A DNA stretch of 23,131 nt from contig JAYEMF010000018.1 of NCBI GenBank assembly GCA_034717975.1, positions 1-23,131 on the forward strand, written 5' to 3'. The notes below the pieces were generated by a model, which had not been told where the DNA came from, searched no databases, and saw only the letters and a program-made list of their open reading frames with translations. The DNA is from Campylobacterota bacterium (GTDB taxonomy: Bacteria > Campylobacterota > Campylobacteria > Campylobacterales > Sulfurimonadaceae). Positions 1-7,639 of the stretch are shown piece by piece. The stretch's first letter is position 1; every line of letters starts with the position of its first letter. A program made the translations under genes and the position numbers.

Positions 1-40
1 ATAAATTCTTCAATCACATTGGAGTATTATTATTAGTAAT

Positions 41-46
41 GAGGAG
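41..46 (+). promoter_or_regulatory. Shine-Dalgarno site of the S8 protease gene
   Basis: GAGGAG at 41-46, 6 nt before ATG at 53. An AT-rich stretch with TATTAT lies just upstream (possible -10). Confidence 0.7.
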
Positions 47-52
47 TTTTTC

Positions 53-2647
53 ATGTTAAGTAAACTGCTATTTCTGCTCACCGCTGTTGGCATTATTGTG
101 CCAAATACCATTTCTGCAGAGAAACTGGAAAAAATAAGAGAGTCGACTATTGTCTATAAACTCAAAGAGGATGCCACGCCGGAGCAACTTAAAAGGTTTA
201 ATGCTTTAGTTAAAAAAGAGAACATCATCTCGAAAAAAGAGATAAAAGGTATCAAGATAGATGTTGTCAAGTTTAAAAACATTAAAGGTTTTGAAAAAGC
301 ATTTAGTGAAGAGTTGATGGCAACCGGTGCAGTCAAATTCGCTTTGCCTGATGCCAGTGTTCCACATGATGCAATTCCAAATGATTCACTGTATGACTCA
401 CAGTGGCATCATACCACAATAAATTCGCCTGAAGCCTGGGACAATATAACAGGCCCCAATGATTTGACTGCCGTTAGGGTCTGTGTATTGGACACAGGTG
501 TTGATACAGATCATCCTGATTTGGTTGGAAATCTATTGTTGCCTGGATATAACTCATACCTTGAACAAGATGGTAATGTAGAAGCCATTCTTGCTCATGG
601 TACTGAAACTATTGGTTTGGTTGGTGCCGTTGGAGACAATGGCCTGGGTGTAGCCGGAATGGCATGGAATATTCAAATCATTCCTGTAAAAATCAACTAT
701 GATGATGTGGATAGTTACGCAAACTATTCAGATATGGTTGTTGGTATCGAATGGTGTGCGGACCAAGGTGTAAAAGTAGCTAATCTTAGTTATGGAGGTG
801 CACATCGTCCTGACATAGCAGACGCTGCACAATATCTGCGAGACAGAGGTGGCCTTCTCTTTATGTCGGCAGGTAATGACGGTACCTATAACAGTATAGA
901 TAATTATCCTGATTACACTTCATTTGTCGCCGTTGGAGCAACGGAAGATCCTCCGGACAATGTGGACCTTCTCACTGACTGGTCCGAGTATGGTCCATTT
1001 GTAGATATCGTTGCACCTGGAAGTCAGGTTTATACGACAGATATGTCAACAGATGGATATGGTGCTCATTCGGGTACATCATTTTCTTCCCCAATAACTG
1101 CAGGACTTGCTGCGTTGATATACTCTATCAATCCAGATTTTACACCAGAGCAAGTGGAAAATTTCATTTTTAATACGGCAGTTGACTTAGGTGTTACCGG
1201 CGATGATGATGTATACGGACATGGCAGGATTGATGCCGGTGCAGCCATCATGGCGGCTGGAGGCTTCAACACTCTTCCGGTTTCAGAGTTTATCGCCACA
1301 CCTGTTTCAGGGGTAAAGCCTCTTGAGGTGAGTTTTGATGCATCTGGATCCTATGACAGTGATGGAGAGCTGGTTGAGTACAACTGGGATTTTGGTGACA
1401 ATAGCACCGGAACAGGCGTGACAACAAGCCATATATATCAATCTAACGGCGACTTTACAGCAACACTTACTGTAATTGACAATGAAGGTGCCAGCAATAG
1501 CAGTACAACTTTGATTGAAGTGATCAATGAAGCTCCTACGGCAATTTTAGAGGCTACACCGCAAACAGGTCCTGTACCGCTCAATGTTAATTTCAACGCA
1601 GCGGCATCTTATGACAATGACGGAGAGATAGTTCAGTACAACTGGCTCTTCGGTGACGGAGAAACGGCAACAGGAGCGGCAGCAACCCATATATATCAGA
1701 GCAGCGGAGCGTTCACCGCCAAACTGACCGTTACGGATGATGGCGGGGCGACCGACGAAGCAACAGTTTTGATTACTGCTACCAATATAGCGCCGGAAGC
1801 AAGTTTCAGCGCCACTCCGACATCCGGCGATATCCCTCTGAGTGTAGAGGTCGACGCAGGGACATCCTCTGACCCTGATGGGAGCATAGAGCTTTATAAC
1901 TGGGATTTTGGGGATGGCACTACCAGTGTGGAAGGTGTAACTGCTTCTCACACCTATACCACAGCCGGTGACTTTACCATTACCCTGACCGTTACTGACA
2001 ACGGGGGAGAAACCGGCAGTGCTACTGCTGCGATCTCAGCCATTGACCCTAACAGTCTCAATGCTCCGACAGGGCTTGTCGCATCTGTTGATGGAAGCAC
2101 CGTCAACCTGAGCTGGTCCGATAATTCCAGCAGTGAAGAGTTTTTCATCATTCAACGGGCCGAAAAAATAAGAGGTAAATATAATTTTGCAGATATTGAG
2201 TCTACCAATACCAATGTTTCCACATTCAGTAACAGCGGTCTGGAACTCGGCACATACAAATATCGCGTATATGCCAAGAAGGGAGAGATCACCTCTGAAT
2301 ACTCCAACGAAATCCTTGTCAAAGTTGAAGAGAGTGTAACACCACCTCCTCCGCCACCACCGCCAGGCGAATTAACTCCTCCTTCTGATCTTACAGCTGT
2401 GCTGAACGGTTTATCAGTGACGTTAAACTGGACGGACAACAGTTCTGATGAAGAAGGTTTTTATATTGAAAGAGCAGAGAAAATTCTAGGGAAATACACC
2501 TATATACGTATAGATACCCTGGGTATGAACACTATTACGTTTATCAATGAACTTACATCATCAGGCACTTTTAACTACAGGGTTCAAGCCTATAAAGGAA
2601 ACGAAAGCTCTGACTACTCAAATACAGCGACTGTTCGGGTAAAATAA
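53..2647 (+). CDS. Secreted S8 (subtilisin-like) serine peptidase with 3 PKD and 2 fibronectin type III domains
   Basis: N-terminal signal peptide (MLSKLLFLLTAVGIIVPNTISA) and prodomain-like segment. Catalytic motifs VLDTG (D147), HGT (H182), SAGND (oxyanion N275), GTSFSSP (S343), and YGHGRIDA at the domain end. Three YNW(D/L)FGD PKD repeats and two LxWxDNS...YRVxA FN3 repeats follow. Confidence 0.93.
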   Translation: MLSKLLFLLTAVGIIVPNTISAEKLEKIRESTIVYKLKEDATPEQLKRFNALVKKENIISKKEIKGIKIDVVKFKNIKGFEKAFSEELMATGAVKFALPDASVPHDAIPNDSLYDSQWHHTTINSPEAWDNITGPNDLTAVRVCVLDTGVDTDHPDLVGNLLLPGYNSYLEQDGNVEAILAHGTETIGLVGAVGDNGLGVAGMAWNIQIIPVKINYDDVDSYANYSDMVVGIEWCADQGVKVANLSYGGAHRPDIADAAQYLRDRGGLLFMSAGNDGTYNSIDNYPDYTSFVAVGATEDPPDNVDLLTDWSEYGPFVDIVAPGSQVYTTDMSTDGYGAHSGTSFSSPITAGLAALIYSINPDFTPEQVENFIFNTAVDLGVTGDDDVYGHGRIDAGAAIMAAGGFNTLPVSEFIATPVSGVKPLEVSFDASGSYDSDGELVEYNWDFGDNSTGTGVTTSHIYQSNGDFTATLTVIDNEGASNSSTTLIEVINEAPTAILEATPQTGPVPLNVNFNAAASYDNDGEIVQYNWLFGDGETATGAAATHIYQSSGAFTAKLTVTDDGGATDEATVLITATNIAPEASFSATPTSGDIPLSVEVDAGTSSDPDGSIELYNWDFGDGTTSVEGVTASHTYTTAGDFTITLTVTDNGGETGSATAAISAIDPNSLNAPTGLVASVDGSTVNLSWSDNSSSEEFFIIQRAEKIRGKYNFADIESTNTNVSTFSNSGLELGTYKYRVYAKKGEITSEYSNEILVKVEESVTPPPPPPPPGELTPPSDLTAVLNGLSVTLNWTDNSSDEEGFYIERAEKILGKYTYIRIDTLGMNTITFINELTSSGTFNYRVQAYKGNESSDYSNTATVRVK
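1268..2047 (+). repeat. Three tandem PKD-domain repeats (period 258 nt / 86 aa)
   Basis: Units start at 1268, 1526 and 1784. Each has TPxxGxxPLxVxx(D/N)AxxSxDxDGxxxxYNWxFGD...HxYxxxGxFTxxLTVxDxxG. Confidence 0.9.
2057..2644 (+). repeat. Two FN3 repeats separated by a Pro8 linker
   Basis: LNAPTGLVASVDGSTVNLSWSDNSSSEEFFIIQRAEKIRGKY... versus LTPPSDLTAVLNGLSVTLNWTDNSSDEEGFYIERAEKILGKY...; PPPPPPPP is encoded at 2342-2365. Confidence 0.88.
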
Positions 2648-2668
2648 CCGATCAACTCTTTACTACGG

Positions 2669-2693
2669 ACCGTCTGCTTTGAAAGCAGACGGT
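2669..2693. terminator. Perfect inverted repeat between convergent genes; probable bidirectional terminator or 3' stabilising hairpin
   Basis: ACCGTCTGCTTT-G-AAAGCAGACGGT (12-bp arms) lies between the protease stop (2647) and the amrS stop (2693-2695). There is no long U tract on either side. Confidence 0.7.
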
Positions 2694-3700
2694 TAGCTCC
2701 AGATACCCGGAATTTTCTCTCCGCAGAACTCGCAACACCCTTCTCTGTCAATGTGAATGTTTCCGCTTCCGAATCCAAAACGTTCAATCAGTCTTTCAGC
2801 ACATTCAGGACAGTAGGTGGAGTGCTCCACCGGGACATTGCCGACATAGATGAAGTGCAGCCCTGCGGCCTCTCCAATCGCTTTGGCACGCTGCAGCGTT
2901 TCAATGGAAGTTGGCGGGGTGTCAAGCATCTTGTAGTCGGGATGGAAAGCTGAGAGATGCCAGGGGGTCTCGACACCTAGCTCTTCGGCAATAAAACGGG
3001 CCATCTTTCCAAGCTCTTCGTCAGAGTCGTTATCCCCCTCGATCACCAGTGTCGTCACCTCGACCCAGATACCGTTTGCTTTCATGCGCTTCATTGTCTG
3101 CAACACCCCCTCAAGGTCACCCTTGAGCTTTTTTTTGTAATAGACGGGGTCAAAAGATTTCAGGTCGATATTCGCGGCGACAATAAGCCCTCTCATATCA
3201 TCAACCACTTCAGCGGACTCCAGGCCGTTGGAGACAAAGACGCTGCGGATGCCCGCCTTTTTTGCCGCCACGGCGATGTCGCGGGCATAGGGCCAGAAGA
3301 TCGTCGGTTCGTTGTAGGTGTAGGCGATAGTCTCACACTCGTAGCGTTGGGCTAATTCGACTATATGATCGGGAGTCACGACCTCTGAGCTATCGATATC
3401 GTGCGTCTGGGAGATCTGCCAGTTCTGACAGAAGGGACATTTGAAATTACAGCCGACCGTCCCGAGCGAAAAGCTCTTCGATGCGGGAAGTACATGGTAA
3501 AGCGGTTTCTTTTCGATGGGGTCTACATGCAGCGCCGAGGGGTGACCGTAAACAAGGTTTTTCAGGCGGCCGTTTTCATTTGTATTGACACCGCATATCC
3601 CGGTTTTTCCGGGCTTTAAGGTGCAGTAGTGCTGACAAAGCTGGCAGATGATCGCATCGCTGCCCTCTTTTGGACGATAAAGATTAGTTGCATTCTCCAT
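2693..3700 (-). CDS. amrS: AmmeMemoRadiSam system radical SAM enzyme (PFL-activase-like)
   Basis: N-terminal CQLCQHYC...GICG, DPIEKKPLYH, radical SAM motif GCNFKCPFCQNWQISQ, AYTYNEP, NIDLK, PWHLSAFHPDY, YVGNV, and C-terminal CPEC...CEFC. These are hallmarks of the AmrS family. Confidence 0.92.
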   Translation of the reverse strand: MENATNLYRPKEGSDAIICQLCQHYCTLKPGKTGICGVNTNENGRLKNLVYGHPSALHVDPIEKKPLYHVLPASKSFSLGTVGCNFKCPFCQNWQISQTHDIDSSEVVTPDHIVELAQRYECETIAYTYNEPTIFWPYARDIAVAAKKAGIRSVFVSNGLESAEVVDDMRGLIVAANIDLKSFDPVYYKKKLKGDLEGVLQTMKRMKANGIWVEVTTLVIEGDNDSDEELGKMARFIAEELGVETPWHLSAFHPDYKMLDTPPTSIETLQRAKAIGEAAGLHFIYVGNVPVEHSTYCPECAERLIERFGFGSGNIHIDREGCCEFCGEKIPGIWS

Positions 3701-4280
3701 TTAACCACTCCACGGTTTCGCTTAGCATCTCCTGCACAAGCTGATTGAAGGCTTTGACTGCACCTTCTGCATCAGCCGTCTCGGTAGCTTTACGTTTTTC
3801 AACATAGTGCGTTGAGATCACTTTTCTCGTATCCTGATCGATCAATGTCAACTGTACCACCAGACGGACATAAGATGTTTTCCCCTCAAAATACTGCATA
3901 AAATCCATGATCTTGCTCTCCAGCAGCATATCGTTGTAAGCCTGGGAGTTATAGGTTATGACACTTTTAAAGGCCCCGTTTCTGGCAACTGTATCTTCAA
4001 GCAGATGGCGAAACTGCTTGCTTGGGCTCTCTATCCAGCGTGAACGGCTGTAGCTGTATTCACCATACGCTTCATCCACGTAATAGATCGACTGGTTCTG
4101 CATGAGATTCGAACTGTGTGTCAATGAGACACGCAGCGTTTTTTCCGCACATCCCTCTGCCGCTGATGCAGAACTTGTCATCAACGGTTTCAAGCGGTAG
4201 GATGTGGATGGTGACACACTCTGCTGTACAGAACATCCCCCTAACAAAATCAAGACAATAGCTATGGCGATCTGTTTCAT
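3684..4280 (-). CDS. ABC-type transport auxiliary lipoprotein (PqiC-like)
   Basis: Lipoprotein signal MKQIAIAIVLILLGG-C and YSRSRWIESPS motif. Fourth gene after the MlaE/F/D-type genes. ATG at 4280 overlaps the mlaD stop (TGATG); GTG at 4283 is an alternative start. Confidence 0.85.
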   Translation of the reverse strand: MKQIAIAIVLILLGGCSVQQSVSPSTSYRLKPLMTSSASAAEGCAEKTLRVSLTHSSNLMQNQSIYYVDEAYGEYSYSRSRWIESPSKQFRHLLEDTVARNGAFKSVITYNSQAYNDMLLESKIMDFMQYFEGKTSYVRLVVQLTLIDQDTRKVISTHYVEKRKATETADAEGAVKAFNQLVQEMLSETVEWLNGECN

Positions 4281-5242
4281 CACTGCTCCCCCGGTCCAAG
4301 ATGCGGCTCTTCATGTCTGAAAAACATATCTGAAGGGCTGTTTTCATATTTTTCAAGCATCATATTGAAGTTTGCCAAAGCCTCCTGCATCTCACGCATT
4401 GTCAGCTCAAACTGTTTCATCGGCGGCCCCACATGGTCTTTAACACTGTAGTGCCCGCTCTCATTCTTCTGCTGAAAGACGGCAAATGATTGTGCAATCC
4501 CCTGATAACTCTTCGTGATCGATCGGATCGATTCATCAAATACATTTTCAACGCGTACACTGTTATCGATCAATTCATCTACTTTCGGAAGCAAGGTGTC
4601 GATCTTCTGTGATGCTGAAGATGAGGAGGCCAGCAACTGATGCAAATCATCAATCGCCTGATCGCTGAAGACTTTTTCCATCTGCGCCATAGCTTTGGCT
4701 GAATTATCGAGCAGCAGGGCAAGACGTTCCTGGTTACCTTCATTGAGCAGTGCTTCGGTACGCTCAAGTGTTTTGGCAAGTCTGGACGTCAGCGTTCCCA
4801 TAGAGTGGCTCATCCGTTCAAAAAATGAAGGTATGGAGACAATCACAGGGGTACCATCTTTTTTGACATCAATGAGTCTATCAGCATCTTTGCTACCCCG
4901 ACTCAGGTCAATATAGCTAAGCCCCGTAATCCCGTGTGCTTCCAGCTTCGCAATCGTATCGACTTTGATCGGTGTTCCTTCACGCAGTAAAATATCGACC
5001 TGGATCTCTTCACTGTTTTTGGGATTGATCAAAATATCTTCTACTTTTCCGACACTGACCCCACGAAATTTTACAGCCGAATCAATATTGAGTCCGGAAA
5101 CAGACTCTGTGAAAAAGATACGGTAAGGGTGCATCACATCCTCTCCACTCGGCTTCATCAACCAATAGATAAACGCCAGAATCAGTGCCGAACTGATCAG
5201 GACAAAGATACCAATAAAAGCATAATTTACACGGTTGTTCAT
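4280..5242 (-). CDS. mlaD: MCE/MlaD family lipid-transport protein with long helical C-terminus
   Basis: MNNRVNYAFIGIFV TM anchor; MCE motifs ESVSGLNIDSAVKFRGVSVGKV and GITGLSYIDLSRG; coiled-coil tail ending SPSDMFF...GPGE. Confidence 0.9.
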   Translation of the reverse strand: MNNRVNYAFIGIFVLISSALILAFIYWLMKPSGEDVMHPYRIFFTESVSGLNIDSAVKFRGVSVGKVEDILINPKNSEEIQVDILLREGTPIKVDTIAKLEAHGITGLSYIDLSRGSKDADRLIDVKKDGTPVIVSIPSFFERMSHSMGTLTSRLAKTLERTEALLNEGNQERLALLLDNSAKAMAQMEKVFSDQAIDDLHQLLASSSSASQKIDTLLPKVDELIDNSVRVENVFDESIRSITKSYQGIAQSFAVFQQKNESGHYSVKDHVGPPMKQFELTMREMQEALANFNMMLEKYENSPSDMFFRHEEPHLGPGEQ

Positions 5243-5245
5243 CGT

Positions 5246-5986
5246 TTAATGTTTCCTATTATTAAAGAAAGTATCTATAAATGGGCTCTGAACGCTTAGC
5301 ACATTCTCAATGGTTCCTTCTACTACAATCTTTTTATTATCGATCACAGCCATTCGGTCAAGTGTACCATAAATAGAGTCCAAATCGTGTGAAACCATCA
5401 CAACAGTAAGCCCCATTATCTCCCGCATCTTTAAGATCAGCGCATCAAATTCCCTGGCAGAGATAGGATCAAGCCCGGATGCCGGTTCGTCAAGGAAAAG
5501 CAGCTTCGGATCAAGCACAAGGGCTCTGGCCAATGCCGCTTTTTTACGCATTCCCCCACTGATCTGCGAAGGGTAGAGGTCGGCATCAGAAGGCTTCAGA
5601 CCAACCAGGTCGATCTTAAACCTGACGATCTCTTCGATCAGCTTTGCACTCAAGTTTGTATACTCTTCCAGCTGCACCGCAATATTTTGCCCCACAGTCA
5701 ATGAGGAGTAGAGTGCACCGTACTGAAACAGCACGCCCCAGGATTGACGCAACTGCTGAGCTGACTCATACTCTATAGATTTTAACTCATGACCAAAGAT
5801 ATGGATACTTCCGCTTTGAAACTGTTCCAAAAGTACCATCTCCCGCATCAGCGTAGTCTTGCCGCATCCGCTTGGTCCCAGCAGGCCGAAAATCTCACCG
5901 CTGTTCACCGATAGCGACACACCGTCATGCACCAGGTTCTCTTCAAAACGAGTAATGACATTCTCGACAACAATGGCAGGTTTCAT
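5246..5986 (-). CDS. mlaF: MlaF-family ABC transporter ATP-binding protein (IamA-like)
   Basis: Walker A GPSGCGKT, VLFQYGALYSSL, signature ISGGMRKK, Walker B LLFLDEP, H-loop VSHD. Confidence 0.92.
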   Translation of the reverse strand: MKPAIVVENVITRFEENLVHDGVSLSVNSGEIFGLLGPSGCGKTTLMREMVLLEQFQSGSIHIFGHELKSIEYESAQQLRQSWGVLFQYGALYSSLTVGQNIAVQLEEYTNLSAKLIEEIVRFKIDLVGLKPSDADLYPSQISGGMRKKAALARALVLDPKLLFLDEPASGLDPISAREFDALILKMREIMGLTVVMVSHDLDSIYGTLDRMAVIDNKKIVVEGTIENVLSVQSPFIDTFFNNRKH

Positions 5987-7128
5987 CAGAGTCCCAAATT
6001 TGTCAGAATGATGGAGAAGAGCGCATCACAGATAATGACGGCAAAAATCGATTCGACAACACTTTTTGTAGTATTGAAACCGATACTTTGCGTGTCGTTC
6101 TTAACCTGCAGACCTCGGTATATCCCAATGAGTGCAATCAGGAGGGCGAAGAACGGTCCTTTCACCAGTCCAATCCAGAAGTGACGAAGATCTACCACAT
6201 TGGCAAAACGTTCCAGAAAAAACACCGGGCTGAGTCCCAGTTCAATGTTTGAAACGAGCATCCCGCCGAGAACACCCATCATATCTGCAAAAAAGATCAG
6301 GATCGGCATCATCAGCATCAAGGCGATGATCCGCGGCAGCACCAGAAAGGCATAGGGGTCAAAACCCATTGTCCGCATGGCATCGAGCTCTTCGGTGATC
6401 TTCATCACCCCGATCTGCGCCGCATAAGCCGAACCGCTTCTGCCCGCCACGACAATAGCTGTGATCAGCGGTGCAAGTTCACGAAAAATTGAGATCCCAA
6501 GCATATCTACAATAAAAATATTGGCCCCGTAGAGTTTAAGCTGAACGGCCGACTGATAGGCAATCACCACACCGATCAGAAAGGTTGTCAAGGCGACGAT
6601 ACCTATCGCTTTGACTGCACTCTCGTTGATCTCAAAAAGAATCTCTTTGATGCGAATATTTTTAACATGGTGCAGATAGGTCAGGAAAATAGTGCTGATC
6701 GTCCCAAAAAACATAAACAGGTCAACAATCAGATGAAACTGAGTAAAACTTTTTTTACCTAGACGTTCCAGCCAATTCAACTCGACATTTATTTTATGTG
6801 GAGGGATCTGCCGTTGTCGTACTCTGACCATGTCAAGCAGCTTGATAAACTCAGGCTGTAAAAGATGGGTATATGTCTGTGTATCGTACGTCTCAATCTG
6901 CTTACCAAGTGTTAACACCATCAATGCGGCAGCAGTATCAAAATCTGTGACTTTTTCCATGTTCCAGATAATATTTCGATGAGATTTGACTAGTTTTGGA
7001 ATCTCTTTGGTGAGGAAAGACTCTATCGGAGCCAGTGTAACAGCACGCAGGTCACCCGATATAAACATGGTGACACTCTCTTTATCTGTCTCGAGCCTGA
7101 TAGAGGGTGCTCGATGTACAGATCTCAT
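5986..7128 (-). CDS. mlaE: MlaE-family ABC permease with N-terminal STAS-like domain (IamB-like)
   Basis: STAS-like N-terminus (VTDFDTAAA); RELAPLITAIVVAGRSGSAYAAQIGVMKITEELDAMRTMGFDP and TTKSVVESIFAVI MlaE motifs. The exact start codon is uncertain (weak SD). Confidence 0.92.
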   Translation of the reverse strand: MRSVHRAPSIRLETDKESVTMFISGDLRAVTLAPIESFLTKEIPKLVKSHRNIIWNMEKVTDFDTAAALMVLTLGKQIETYDTQTYTHLLQPEFIKLLDMVRVRQRQIPPHKINVELNWLERLGKKSFTQFHLIVDLFMFFGTISTIFLTYLHHVKNIRIKEILFEINESAVKAIGIVALTTFLIGVVIAYQSAVQLKLYGANIFIVDMLGISIFRELAPLITAIVVAGRSGSAYAAQIGVMKITEELDAMRTMGFDPYAFLVLPRIIALMLMMPILIFFADMMGVLGGMLVSNIELGLSPVFFLERFANVVDLRHFWIGLVKGPFFALLIALIGIYRGLQVKNDTQSIGFNTTKSVVESIFAVIICDALFSIILTNLGL

Positions 7129-7137
7129 ATTAAACTC

Positions 7138-7635
7138 TTAAAAGTCGCGTTTTAAAAGTTTATCTACTTTCAGGATGGTCAGGATCCTGTCATCTTGCTT
7201 GCCGACACCTTCAATAAGACTTTTGTCTTTCTCAATGGTCTCCGGTGCCGGTCCAATCGCAGATTTTGACAGACGGATCGCTTCGGTCAGACGGTCTATG
7301 ACAAATCCGGCCGTTTCATCCTCATGTTTCATCACAATAAAACGGGTATCGTCCGTATGCTTTTGTACAGACAATCCAAACTTCTGGCGAAGATCAACAA
7401 GCGGGATAACCGAGCCGCGCAGGTTAAAGACACCAAGTACATACGTCGGGGTCTGTGGTACACGTGTCCATTCGATCGGTTTAATGATCTCCTGAATACT
7501 CAGGATCGGGACACTGTACTCTTCTTCACCGACAATAAAACCAACCAGTTGCACAACCTCTTCGAGCTGAGCGGCATCAGGACCTCTTTGCTGTTCGTTC
7601 TGTTTGTTAATAATACTTTGCAGTTTTTCACTCAT
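7138..7635 (-). CDS. cheW: Chemotaxis adaptor CheW
   Basis: QLVGFIVGEEEYSVPILSIQEII, TRVPQTP, GVFNLRGSVIPLVDLR. Start moved from the ORF-track 7674 to ATG at 7635 (MSEKLQ), which has GGAG upstream and lies 4 nt after the cheA stop. Confidence 0.95.
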   Translation of the reverse strand: MSEKLQSIINKQNEQQRGPDAAQLEEVVQLVGFIVGEEEYSVPILSIQEIIKPIEWTRVPQTPTYVLGVFNLRGSVIPLVDLRQKFGLSVQKHTDDTRFIVMKHEDETAGFVIDRLTEAIRLSKSAIGPAPETIEKDKSLIEGVGKQDDRILTILKVDKLLKRDF

Positions 7636-7639
7636 CTGA

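Noticed and set aside
3129..3136. T8 homopolymer in amrS as a phase-variation tract
   Set aside because: It encodes a Lys run in an intact frame; intragenic phase variation in this phylum typically uses longer G/C tracts.
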